A stretch of 64,000 nt of DNA from Gonapodya sp. JEL0774 (taxonomy: Eukaryota). A program made the translations under genes and the position numbers. The stretch spans positions 62,001 through 126,000 of the forward strand of contig JADIIX010000032.1 in assembly GCA_027604505.1 (NCBI GenBank). The letters run 5' to 3'. Positions 13,444-26,070 of the stretch are shown here, piece after piece. The notes below the pieces were generated by a model that made no database searches, was not told the DNA's origin, and saw nothing but the letters and a program-made list of their open reading frames with translations. How positions within the stretch are numbered: the stretch's first letter is position 1; each line of letters starts with the position of its first letter.

Positions 13444-15582
13444 ATGCTTGAGACCTCTCCGCTTATCGACGGATGGCAGCAGACGTACGACGATTCGATT
13501 GTTGAAGATCAAGCAAATGGGGAAATCGCAGTGGGCGCCAAAGTGCCGATGGGATACGTTGCGCTCAACCATATCAAGTGCGTTGAATGGATGGAACCGT
13601 CTTTGCTATGCCCCCTTTTTACACTCTGATTTACTCCTGTTCTCATTTGCAGCTATATTGGTATGCTCGATCACTCGATTTGCGTGTGAAATCGCCATCT
13701 GACTAATCCCAAGTGTCCCTCGGGCCAACCTTACCCCACAGCCTCTTCCGTTCTCATCGGTGCCCCGTTCGTCTTCGCACTCACAGGCTGGACCGTTGGA
13801 CTGACTCTTTGTCTCGGCTACGGCCTGATCATGGGACTGACGGCCTCGTGGTTGTGCCGGACGGTCGAGTGTGCGGGAAGGGGCACGGAGGAATGGCCAC
13901 CGGCGTCCTTGCCTGATCTGTGCCGAATTGTGTTCAAGTCCGAGGTGGCTTACGCGATGGCTTCTTGGTGCTTTTGCTTGGAGTTGTTCGGTGGATGTGT
14001 ACGTAGAGTGTTGCTGACTCATCGATTGTGTGTTGCAATCTGATTCGATGCATCCCCTCACATTCAATGTCTACACCTCAAACATCGCTCAAAATATAGG
14101 TTTCTGGCACGTCCGTGCTCGGCGACCAGCTCAACCTCCTCTTCCCCATGTTCTCCGCAAACACCCACAAACTCCTCTCTGCACCGCTTCTCGTCCTCTT
14201 CTCATGCATCCCACCCCGCTACACCCACTTCTCCTCTTCTCTCGGAATTGTTTGTGGCCTCGCGATCTTGTTCACAATCATCTTTGATGGCCTCTCTACA
14301 CCGGTCGCACCGGGATCCCTTCTCCAGCCCGCCGACACACGTTTATTCCCCGAATGGTCCTGGGACGGTCTCTTTTCCATCGCTCGAGCCTCAGGAATCG
14401 TCGTGTTTGCATCTGCGGGACACTGCCCCTTACCACCTCTGTATTTGTCGATGAAGTCGCGAGTGAAGAATCGGGATCGGGAGACCGTCATCGCATTTGG
14501 GGTCAGCACGTTGGCATTTGTGACCACAGGAGTGAGTTGACATGTGCGATTGTTTGCACCTTTAACTGTGTATTTGTTAGCCGCCTGACAAAGAACCTTC
14601 GTTGTGTGTGGGCATCAGGCGGTTGGATACCTCATGTTTGGATCCGCAACGAGTGACCAAATCACCAAAAACCTGGACGATATCGATCTTTCGCCTCTGC
14701 AAGAGTTCGTCAATACTTTTCTGTGAGTCCATTGATATACATACCCCTCTTTCGTTTGTCCTGCCTCAAATTCGGTGTCCTTTACTCAACGCCATTTTCT
14801 GCAACAGAACGTTCTTCATCGCCTTCATCCCCTTCACCGTCGTCGGTCAGACTGTGGAGCCGCTCGTTCTCGATATCGACTTGCTCCTCGCGCGATACTT
14901 GGCGCGCAAGAAATCTGAACGCAATGATGCATTTAAACAATTGACCCGCGCAGATTTAATCGAGGATTTCACAGGAAAGACGACTAAACGATCGCACCAG
15001 GACATACCTTCCTCCTCAAACATGAAACCCGCGAAATTGATCGGCTTTGCGCCTGAGAGCCCACGATTTGCAGTGGGATCAAACGACACCTTGGTGGAAC
15101 CATCCGATGACGGCGGGATGACTATGGGGCAAGACGATGACAATATTTCTGTTGTGTCTGATGTTCCCTCGTACATTCATCCCTTAGTTGACCCAGTACC
15201 GGTCTACGAGGACATTTTGGACCTCACAACCTATGGAGGAGAAGATTCAGTCCCTCGCACCACCGACACAGAAACTCGCCGTGTTCTCCTTCGCGTTGTC
15301 ATCACTTGTCTTGTTGTGGGCGTGTCTGTACTTTTACCAAGCTTTTCTTTCGTGTCGGCCATTGTCGGTGCATCGGTGGTGTGCATCGACAGTATCGTTT
15401 TGCCGGCTCTGTGCTTTATCATGGTTGCCCAAGTGCAGCGTGGGGACGAAGATAAGAGTTGGGAGAGACGGAAGGACCGAATCAGCGTATCAAGACGGGA
15501 ATTGACGTTGGCGTGGATGGTGATGGTGGCGGGCGTAGGGATTTGCGGGTTCAGTTTCGTGGGCACGATAATTGGCGGGTGA
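13444..15582 (+). CDS. Amino acid/auxin permease family transporter (Aa_trans, AVT1-like)
   Basis: Many TM segments, GIVVFASAGHCPLPPLYLSM, GYLMFG, PSFSFVSAIVGA...VLPALCF, and a large acidic loop. Confidence 0.8.
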
Positions 15583-16119
15583 ATGATTTACGCACAATTT
15601 GCCACCTATTATTACAGTTAGAATCAACGGGCATCGCATAACCCGGTATGCCGGCTTGGCTGCCATTGGGTGGTCTTGCTTGACTGACAAATACCTCTAA
15701 CAGTTTCAAAGTACTACGTATGTATATAATTGTTGTATAATGCTCACTTAGTCTATATAGACTCAAAACTCCCCAACCACAGGTTGCAGTGTTGTTTGTG
15801 TGCAAACAGAGCTCCACCACACTGAGATCCGCATCTGCTCGAAGGAAAAGCATCGGAGAAACGTTCATGCATAATGCATATATTCGTGTGCTTCTTTTTT
15901 GCATAGGAACAGCATGAGAACACTTATGCACCGGAATCTTATGTGGACAGTTTGTTGTGATAAGGGTAGGGGGGTCTCAGCCACCCGAATCCACAGTTCT
16001 CAGGAACCGATCCGATTGGAGGTGCCAGAAACTCAAATTCCAAAGCACAAGCTGCAATCTGTCTTGTCTTTCTTGCTAATCGCACAGCGCCGCCTTCTAC
16101 TACTTCTTCTTTCGCAATT

Positions 16120-17604
16120 ATGAAATCCCCGACCCCCGGCGAGACGCTCATGCTGATGTTTGTGAGTTACCGTGTCTTGGAACATCATCACCGCCGTCAA
16201 CGGTTTGGAGAATTCGGAGCTGCATTTACTGGTCTTCAACTCCTCTTACCCTGCGCATTTCTTCAACTTTTTGCTCCCGTAGGCCACGCTTGCCTCAATC
16301 GTGGCATCTCCAGTTATTGCTTTGCTGTTGCTGTTCCCCGAGCTTCAACGTCTGTTAATCTACGGACACTGGCTGCGACCCTTCTGGTATGACGTGTCAG
16401 AACCGTGTGAACGGGGCAAATGGCGAGGTCGGTTGGGTTCTGGGTGCCGTTCTGTTGTTAATCTCGTTGACTTTCTCCCCTGAATTACAGCCGGGTCGGC
16501 TCGTAATGTTTCCATTAGCACAGAAGATGGAGTTCGCATATCGGGATGGCACATACTGCCAATGGATAGCCCGTCACTTGTCTCGGACTCGGAGTTTGAC
16601 GCAGCGCTCAACTTATCTGTTACGCAGTCCGAGCAGACTGGCCCGACGCGAAAACTGTGGATATACTTCCATGGGAATTATGCAGATAGAGGGATGCCAT
16701 ACCGCCTTTCGACTGTGGAGCTCATCAAACGCATTGCTCCGAATGATCATGTTCTGGTCGTTGAGTATCGCGGTTTCGGTGACTCGCAGCGCGTTTCCCC
16801 GACCGAAAAAGGTCTCAAAACGGATGCTATAGCGGCCTGGAAGTGGGCAACTTCAAAAGGGGGTAAGTTCATTTGCTGGATACCGCAAACACAGGTTGCT
16901 TCATTCCTCGAACCCCAGTTCCGCCATCGCAAATCATTCTATTTGGACACTCTCTTGGAACTGGACCGGCCACTTTCCTCTATCGCCACCTCTCGAATCC
17001 CGAAACTCCCGACTCCCCCGATTGCACTCCACACTCCCTTCTCCTCTTCTGTCCATACGCCTCGCTGCCGTCAGCTGCGTCAACGTACTCCACTCTGCCT
17101 GTCTTAGTACCTTTCACCGTTCTTCTGGGCAAGAAGAAGACGATCGAAATAGCAAAATCCTGGATGTCGGAACAGTGGGATAGCGTTGGGGAAATGCGGA
17201 GGCTCCGAAACACGCTTTCCTCGCATGCAGAGACCAACCGGATCGCACCATCTCCGAACGGATCATTTGGTTGGGGAAAGAAGGCAAAGGAGACGACTCA
17301 AAACACCAAACCCCGAATCCTCATCGTGCACGGTCTCCGGGACGTTGAGATCCCCAACACGAACAGTGTGGAGATCTTCAGTGCAGTGGCCGGGAATGAG
17401 GACTTTGCGTACTCGCAAGTGAAGGTTCCCTCCCCGTTGAGCTCGCGGGACGGCTCATTGTTCCGGGTTGGTGTCCCTGGGCGAACCAAGGAACATGACG
17501 GCAGCGCGCATTTGTTCCTGGTGGACATTGGGACTCACAATAATCTTCCAACAGTGGAAGCAGTGGTGGAAGTAGTCCGAAAGTGGACTGACAACATTAT
17601 TTGA
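16120..17604 (+). CDS. Alpha/beta hydrolase, ABHD12/ABHD13-like
   Basis: N-terminal TM, YFHGN, EYRGFGDS, PTEKGLKTDA, nucleophile GHSLG, ILIVHGLRDVEIP, THNN. Confidence 0.85.
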
Positions 17605-17812
17605 ATTTTGCACATCCACATCGAAGTTCGATTCACACGGTAAGAAGTTGCAGTTACATATTATTTTAATTAGTTACTCTGTTGCATTAGAATGGCGAAG
17701 TAGTAAAAATGCTATTTCGAGAAGTGCTCCATTTGAGGAAGCCCTGCATGTGAGCAGAAATTGAGAGTTCCTTTCTACATATGCAACAATCATCCAGAAG
17801 ATTTGAGAAGAT

Positions 17813-19116
17813 ATGGATGCCCTCATACCCAATATCGCGAAGCTATCTGAGGCAGGGAAGGCTGCTGCGGCATCAAAAGTGCGTTGCCGATTGCGCATGA
17901 TATCGTTAGTGCTAACGTGCTGATTCCTGCGCATCACGGGTCTTCGGCACCGATTCTGTAAATCAGCTAACTGGAATTGAGTTGACATCTGGTCTCGCAG
18001 CGGAAACTTCATTCAGACCGAAAAGGACGGGGTAAATTGCCATGATCGAATGAAGAAGCATATCGACTACTTGCAGAACTGGCGCTACAACTACATCTTC
18101 CTTTTGCATTTCGATGCTCTCTGATAGCTCGCTAAGCTTCCCTGATATCTTCGTCGAGATTTTCCGAGTGGACGACCTGCCCGATGACTTGCGTGAATGG
18201 TGTTTTCAACTCACCAAATCCAACATGAAAGAACTGTAAGAATTCAGTGACCTTGTCTGTGCTTGTGTGGGCGGTTTCGATGTGCGTGCTGGAGCAACTT
18301 TTGAACTCGAATTACATTCTTGCATGCCAGTTACAATGCCACCAAACACGAAGACTGGATCTGGCCCGACACTCCCGCTGGTGATGACAAAAAGCGTCAG
18401 CAAATGGGAAGCGCCGATATGCGCTACATTGTAGCTTTCGTGCACCCTACATCTGAGGAAGCTAGCGAATTGGGAATGGCTGGAATGACTGCTGACCAAC
18501 AAACTGCTAAAAGTAAGGTGGGACGTGCGCTGTTCGTTTGAGGCATCACCAGTACTCCGAGCGCTCACTATATTTCCTAGCCTGTTGCATTTGTGTCATT
18601 TGAGTTCACTACAGAAGAAACAGAATCTTCCAAGATGGAAGCTGTCGTTTATTGGTGTGTAGATTCTTTGAGATTCTGGAAATCTCGCGGGCTGGTTTGC
18701 TCAGAGCTTGTCTGGTAGACAGTTACGAACTCCAAATCGATGCTTCAGCCCGGAAGATCGGCTTGGGGAGGTACTTGATGTCACTGTTGGATACACTCGC
18801 ACTGACCTGCGGATTTGAAAGAGTAATGCTGACGGTCATTAAAAGTGAGTACAACAATGTCTTTGCGATGTGTACCATCTAAGTTCTTACTTTCGGTTCC
18901 CCAACGTCAGCAAACAAAGAAGCACTTGCATTCTATAAGTCAATAGGGTTGGTTGCTCTTTATTCTGAATTCCGTGACTTTTCTGAGACACCTTTGGGTT
19001 TCCATGTCTTGTACGTCAGATTCACGTATGATCTGATTTCACCCTCGCAATGTTTACCCAAGCATAAAGCAAAGAAGATTGCGCATGAGATATTAACACG
19101 ACGGTCGGCTCGGTAG
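17813..19116 (+). CDS. NAA40: N-alpha-acetyltransferase 40 (Nat4/NAA40, GNAT)
   Basis: WCFQLTKSNMKEL, VY(C)YELQ, GLGRYLM, MLTVIK..NKEALAFY, DLISPSQC. Start ATG inferred. Confidence 0.8.
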
Positions 19117-19183
19117 AAATTGAGGGAGGGCATCAGATTCGCCAATATATTTGTTGGGCCACCAAATAGCATTCGATCGATCA

Positions 19184-20838
19184 ATGGCTTTTCAGGAAAA
19201 GAAATCCATTCCTGCGCTGTTGAACACATTGACGAAATACCGATGGGACCGGCTTGCCTGTAGTTCAAAATCTGAAACGAATGGAGGCTTTCTGGGACTG
19301 TTCGGGTTTTCTTGGACTGCTAGTCCCATTCCAACACCCGTACGTCGACGAGACATCACATTCTGTATCTTGTATGAGGCTCAAGTCGTTTTAATAGCGA
19401 TCATGCGTGGCCGCTGGTGTTGTTGGCGACTTACTTTATGTGTGGGGCGGGGAACCGGCCCCTCGTCAACAAGGAGACGACGCCGTGTGAGTTCTCCGAT
19501 GAAGATTATTGAATTCACCGATGAGAGCTCACCTGAGTTCTTCGAAATGAAAGCTATGTTTACGACTTAAGAGCAAATTGCTGGACAAAGCGCATGTAGG
19601 AAGCTTCCTCCACTGTTATGAGATCACCTTTGATCTGCTCCATCCCTATATGAAGCGATCCTTCAGGTAACGCACCTGAAGCTCGCTACGGGCATGCATA
19701 CTGCATTTACGAGAACAAGCTGTATATTGTTGGTGGCCGCTTGTGGTCCGACAACGGTCAATATGCAAACGACCTTGGAGCTTTTGCTTTCGACTGCCAG
19801 AAAGAAACCTGGATGTTTGAAAAGGGTGAAGGTGACGTGCCAAAACCGAAGAGTAATGGTGCTCTTGTTGCCCATTATGTTTGTAATCTGAGTGCCTTGA
19901 TTGAGCCTGGGCTCTAGAATCACTCTACGTTATCCTACAGACTGGCATCTACTACTTTGGTGGTAGCGCTCATCGTCACAATAAGGCGCCTGCGTCCCTC
20001 CACCACTACAACCCCCAAACTCGTGTGTGGCGTGAGCTTGCCGGACCCGAATCTCAAATACCCTCCAAGTACCACGTTGGTGTAATCGAGGAACCTGGCA
20101 TCGCTGCCTATGGACCATACTTGTTTGCTTTTGGTGGTTGGGTCGACGAACACAAGCAAAGTGACTATCTATTTTGTTTTGACACGCGCACACAGAAATG
20201 GAGCGTTCCTGAAATCCTCAACATCACTGTTAATATTGTGGATGAGGAGTATACCAACCCGTATATTGATTTGGGTTCACCGGAGGCTTGGGAAGGTGGG
20301 ATATTAATGATGAAGAAAGAGATGCCAGGACCTCGATCCGCTCATGGATTCGAGTACTGTCCTGTTGGAGGTCACATAATCTTGTACGGCGGCGAAAAGA
20401 CGCGGAGTCCTTCCGGTAGAACGGGCCATGGGACTTACTACTCGGATGTATGGGCACTTGAAATTGTGTCGGAGATCACTACGCTCGCTGGTTCTTCAGC
20501 TGTCACAAAATCCTTTGAAAGTGATATGGAGGCTTTTATGCTGTCGGAGCCAGTGAAAGTCTTGTGGCGTCCAGTGTGAGTCTACCCTCTCCTTCGGGTA
20601 TCTTTGTAATCGGAGCATCGAGAAGCCACCTCTGGGCAGATATATTACACGCGATTGTGAGTCAGTGAACCCCAGCGCCTGGTTTGGAACGGCACAGTGG
20701 GATCAAGGGGGGGCCGTCGTCCTCTTCGGCGGTTGTGAGTTACAAATCTGGTTCAATCCTATCCCCCGTTTAATGTGTTCTTGTCTAGGGGATGGATTGA
20801 ATACTAACAATCAGGTGTGGAGTTTGACGCGTGTGTAG
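19184..20838 (+). CDS. Kelch-repeat beta-propeller protein
   Basis: Repeated YVWGG / YIVGG / YYFGG / FAFGG / ILYGG / VLFGG units with downstream W, and PRSAH. No BTB domain seen. Confidence 0.75.
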
Positions 20839-20960
20839 TCGTAATAAGTGATAATATGTGCATAGTGATCTAGCTGTCTCATTCAATTCAATCTGTACAT
20901 GTGAGAATCGTAATAGGTATAAAAAAGTGCCTTACGTTCCTTGGTCACAAACGTTCAAAA

Positions 20961-22689
20961 CTAATTCTTGTACTGAAAGTCCTTCGGGTCCATCATAAGC
21001 TTGCACAATCTGGCTATCAAACCTGTCATCTGCACAATCGACGAGTTACCTTCGAGAATGCGCATATGCACAAAGCCAATTTCCTAGATAAAAGTGGGGA
21101 GGAGATTAAACCATTGAAAGTGTTCTCCTTGAGTGGCCTGAGATTATGCCCGAGGAAATCGTGGAACTCACTCGAATGTAATTGAGTTTTGCGACTTCGG
21201 GCATCGCAGAGTAACCCTTGACAACCTTGAACAGCGTTCCAACTACGTCCACTGCGGCATAGCCCATGCCCCACAGCTCCTCCATCACTTTGACCGCCTC
21301 TTCCACCTCGGCCTTGAGGCAGTGGTCTATGCACTTTTGGACAAACAGAGGGTGCGGCTGATCGCAGACCTTGAACACGTTATCGGCAGTAATGAGTCCA
21401 AATCCAGAGTGCGTCGATTGTAGGTTGTTGATGGCTTGCCGCATGTCACCCTCCGAGGTAAAGATGAGAGCTTCCAGGCCTTCCAATGTATACTCAACCT
21501 GCACGAAATCGGCCGATCTCGTCAACTCAAATAATACCACCACATGAATCACCGGTTCACATCAGCAACTCACATTTTCTTTTTCGCAGACTTCTTCTAA
21601 TCTGGTCATCAGCTCTTTATCACTTAACTTCCCATACCTCAGTATTGAACATCGAGATTGAATGGGTTCGATAATTTTAGAGGAGAGATTACAAGCGAAG
21701 GCAAACCGTGTCGTGGAGGCGTAGAGCTCCATCGTGCGTCGCAGGGCTTGTTGAGCAGCCGGGGTCATACTAAGAAAGGTACATTATTGTCGACGCAATT
21801 TTGGAGCATAAGCATAACCCTCTCGCCTCTAACCCCGAGACTACTCACTTGTCAGCCTCGTCCAGAATCACAATTTTGTGGCGCCCCGGAGGAAGTGTCA
21901 CCTTCTTCTGTGCAAACATCTTGATCTTGTTTCGAACCACATCAATTCCTCTGTAACAGCATCAAAACCAGCCATACACACGTGTTTTGTCAAACATGAG
22001 GAAAGGTGTTTCAAAAGGTTTATGTTCAATACGTCGCAATGGGTTCATGAAACTCACCGATCGTCCGAGGCGTTCAACTCCGTTACAGCCTCCTTGTAAG
22101 CTGGCCCCAGCAGCTCTCTCGCCAGACACAATATACTCGTGGTCTTGCCTATGCCCGGGGGTCCCTACGAATATCCAAACTTGTCAGCACATCCTCGTGG
22201 ACGTGAAAACGGTCCGCACCACGCCTCAAACGAGCCAATAACAACCAAAACCGCAGGGAGAGTACATGACTAGGAACTAAATTACGGAAAACTCACAGAT
22301 ATAATGATGTGCGGGACGTTCCCCTCCCTTGCAATGATTTTCAACCTCTCCACAGTTTCTGAGTTACCCACGACGTCCTTGAGTAGGTGAGGACGGTATT
22401 TTTCGACCCTTGTCAAAGAGTATTCGCGTTGAACGAAGAATTGGATCAGTGTGACTGAATAATATGGCTACGATATTACTGATGCTGAACCATAGCGTGG
22501 AAGACTAAGTCCCTCGAATATCACCAATCCGTTCTCCTCAACATATGGTAGTTCTTGCATCTTGACTCACCAGGGTAATTCATATCCTCCCCCTCCTCCT
22601 TGTACTCCAGACCCATTCGCGCTGAAGTTCCCTGATTTGATTCCACCGCCCAGAGTGGATTTGGGGCCTGTGGACGTTTCTGCGAACAT
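20961..22689 (-). CDS. RFC4: Replication factor C small subunit (yeast Rfc4 / human RFC2)
   Basis: [68 protein letters not shown]. Confidence 0.95.
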
Positions 22690-22963
22690 AAAATGTGGAT
22701 TGTATTGGCAGGCAGAGATTTGATAGGTTGAAATGCGCAACGAAAGTCAGGTTATGTAACGAAGGTGAAGGGGAGCGAAGATTTGGAGGCTGTATTGGCA
22801 CAGTCCCATATCTCATATCTCAGAACTTCAATTGCTTGCATTGCAGCATCGCTCCGCCTTCCACAACCGAAGATATGTAATATGTGATAAAATTTGATGG
22901 AATGATCATGTATAACCACAATGTCCAGACTATGTACATGACATTGATCGCTGACCAACCTCA

Positions 22964-23962
22964 TTACCCGTATATCATCCGACTTACTACCCCAATGGGT
23001 ACGTCTCTAAGCTCGGTCAGGGCCCTGTCCATCACCTCGGCTTCGTCCTCACCGCCATTGAGTTCCTCTACATTATCCTTTTTGTCCGGCTTTTCGCGCA
23101 TCTCGTCCTCGGTTTCCGACGCGTTCCCGCCTTTGTCTGGGTGCTTTGATCTTCGTGTTCTGCCAGCCCCAGCTACAACTCCCCCCGTCACAACCGCCCA
23201 CTCATCTGTCACAGCGTACGGCGAGTCCAAACTCGGGGTGGTGTACAGGGAGTATCCAGCGTTGAGAAGGACAATGGTTGGAAGGAGGACAAGAAGAAGA
23301 GAGGGGAGAGTGAGGGACCAGTACCTGAGGGGGTCGGAGAAACAATAAGGTCGGCATGACTTGACACGATCGGCCAACACACAATTCGAGCTGTCCCTTC
23401 CGATCGCGTGGCAACATCCCATCACGAGCACCTAGCGATCGGTCGTAAGCATTCAATGCATGTGATTCGAAGAATGAAGAAGTGCATGCAACACTGATAC
23501 TCCGTGCGATTTCAATCCCGAATGTCTACACTGCGATGTACCCGCTTGCCCCCCTTTGTCTTGCGTGAATGTATTTCCATGTGCGGAATAGAAGACAGCA
23601 GGAGCTACCGGTGATGTAACCAAACCCCGGAACCACGATATCCTTCCCCGACATTGTCGCAACGTTTCCTCACGACGTATAGATTCAAACCACAAACCCA
23701 TCCCCCATAACCCACGTCTCAGACTCATCTCCTCAACATCACTTCACATTGCGTCTCGCATTCAACTCACCTGTCTGGATAATACGTCACACCGGCCCAC
23801 CTCAATATCGAGTCGGGGGTGTACGCCCAGACAATCCATATGGCGAACGCTACGAACGATGCGAGATAGAGCGCAAATCCACGGACAGATCGGGCCGGAA
23901 CCGGCGCAAAAACTGGGGGTAGTCGCAGTTGTGGAAGAGGGAGATGGGAGCTGCGTCGCCAT
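22964..23962 (-). CDS. PIGP: GPI-GlcNAc transferase subunit PIG-P/Gpi19; one 446-nt intron (23325-23770)
   Basis: GFALY...WAYTPDSILRWAGVTYYPDR|YWSLTLP...TPSLDS...D...LRDVPIGVVSRMIY. Confidence 0.9.
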
Positions 23963-24649
23963 TGGAGCAAGTTGACGACGAGGTGAAAAGACAGAGTGAA
24001 GACAAGTGAAAGAAAGTAGAAAGAAGATGATAAATCGCCAGATCCCATAGGCAATCGATAGCAAGTCAGCCGATTCCGTCCGCTCTCGAGATGCATGCGT
24101 TCACTTTGAACTCACTGCTGCATTCCTGACTTACTCTTTGCATAACCTCTCGTGCTCCTAAGTCCTATTCCTACACCCGCTCCCGCCTCCGCTGCTGATA
24201 ACGATGATGGGTTGGTTTTGGAGGCTGATGATTTGAAATTGATTGGTAAAGGCTTCGCAGACTGATGAACTCTCCACCAAACCCACTTCAGTTCACCAAC
24301 AATCCGCGGACCTTCCAGACCGACAGAGTTGGATTTAATATTCTTCTTGGCGGCGGTTTTGAGAGTATGAATAATATGTGACTGATGCAAATCATTCCCA
24401 CCTATCACATCAAATCACCGGGAGCAGTTGCTCTTGCATGCAACCAAGTCAAAAGCGCTTACTGGTGCTTAAGACCAATTCTGTGTGGACAGATTTCTAC
24501 ACGCTATTGGTGGTTTGTTTGCGGGGTGGATGTTCGCCAGGCTTAAGATGACCTGCTTCGCGCATGTAGTCCGTTCAGCGAAAAGCATTCATCATAGAGC
24601 CATTAGTTGGCAAACATCTGGCACCTTGATTTGTCTGTTATGTATGTCT

Positions 24650-25765
24650 GGGGGGGGCATTCGGCTCTGTTTATGTCCCTGTCATGTCTAACCCTTCTCA
24701 CTCATCATACTTTGAAAATGCACACATAGCTGACGATCTGCGAAAGAGATCACAAAATTCCTTGCTGATCACTTAGTTGATTTACATAAAGTACAGTTAG
24801 TAGTTGTGTGGTCTGTAGTATTTCGTTACATTCCGCATCTGTCCGTCGTCCCCCCAATGTTCTGATCATCTTGAGTTTATACTCCAAACAGAATGACCAT
24901 GCCGGCAATTGAACTTTCCGAGAGTTCCCCCATCGCAATTGCAATCTGCTGTGGCATCATCCTTCTCATCCTTGGGATGCTGCTCCGACTACAGTTTCGC
25001 ATCTCCACTCCTCCCAAGCTCGCCAAAGCGCCGTGCGTCACCACAGCAAATGTAGTGAACAACTGGCTTTATGGTGACTTTGATGATACCGCAGCGCAAT
25101 TTCGTGCTATGCATGTAGGAGGCACAAGGAACAAGGACCACATCCGTGTCAACATCCCCTGTAATGGACGAAGAGTGGGACGCTGTGGAGTCCAGTATTG
25201 TGAAGAAGTCCATTCCAACCCCAACACAGTCCTCGTATACTGTCAACCACGCTCGAGGTATCGAGTCCGCCCCTGCCACTCTCGGCAAGCCTACATGCCC
25301 CAGCGAATTTGATGAGGAGACTCATCTGGTCATGAAAATGGCACTAGACAAGATCCGCAGGCAGATCGTTGGTTCTGCATTCGAGGACGATGAGCAAGAG
25401 AATGACGATCTGTGGCATGAAGACAACCCGAGAAGTGAATCACTCTTCCCAAAGGGCTCCGAGGAATTAGATACAGAGTGTACCGAGCTGTTGCTGGCTG
25501 TGGGAGCGGGAACTGTTTTGGAGGCGTGTGTGGTTGGGAGGTTTATTGGGAGGTCCAGGCATTGACGACCGCTGGTCATCGGAGTTGTAGAGATTGAAAA
25601 CGAAACGAGAGGTTCCTTGCATGTATCTAGATGGATTGTTACTCGGTTCTGCTCTCGATTCGCGAGTGTTGTATTCCAATCGAATTTCGACAGGGCAAAC
25701 TACATTACGTCAACACAAGAAGCTCGTATATATTATACTACTTCAACCAACAGAGGGTCGCCCTT
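24650..25765 (+). repeat. Diverged direct duplication, copy 1 (copy 2 at about 29230-30310)
   Basis: Shared upstream blocks (gtta.tagttgtg.ggt.tgt.gta, tcatcttg), the ORF, and downstream blocks (ttccaatcgaat, cttcaacc). Boundaries approximate. Confidence 0.75.
24893..25565 (+). pseudogene. Frameshifted copy of an orphan two-TM protein (paralogue of 29445-30335)
   Basis: Aligns to the 29445 ORF in two frames (PPKLAK, FDDT.A.FRAMHVG, then STSPVM, EFDEETH, KIRRQI). About 2 nt are missing near 25148 (CGTG-TCAACA versus CGGGTCTCGACA). Confidence 0.6.
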
Positions 25766-26070
25766 CTGTGCTGTCTTTTAAACAAGCGATCGCGAAACGC
25801 AAGGTAATCTGATAATTATTTTACTAGGTTTTATTGAGTGTCGTCGGCACTTTCTGCGTTACGTTGTGAGGAAGGACTTGGAATGTGCAGACTCCGAACA
25901 TCAACAACAGTGGATATACTGGAATCTCCATGAAGTGAGTTTCCGGCAAGATTAAGGGAAAGTGTTGCAAGCATTATGAATGCTCGGAGAACCAAAAGGA
26001 ACTGTCGAGGTTGAAACTCGTAACACTATCTCTTTTTCGTAGCAAGTCGTAGCATAGTTAATAGATTTAA

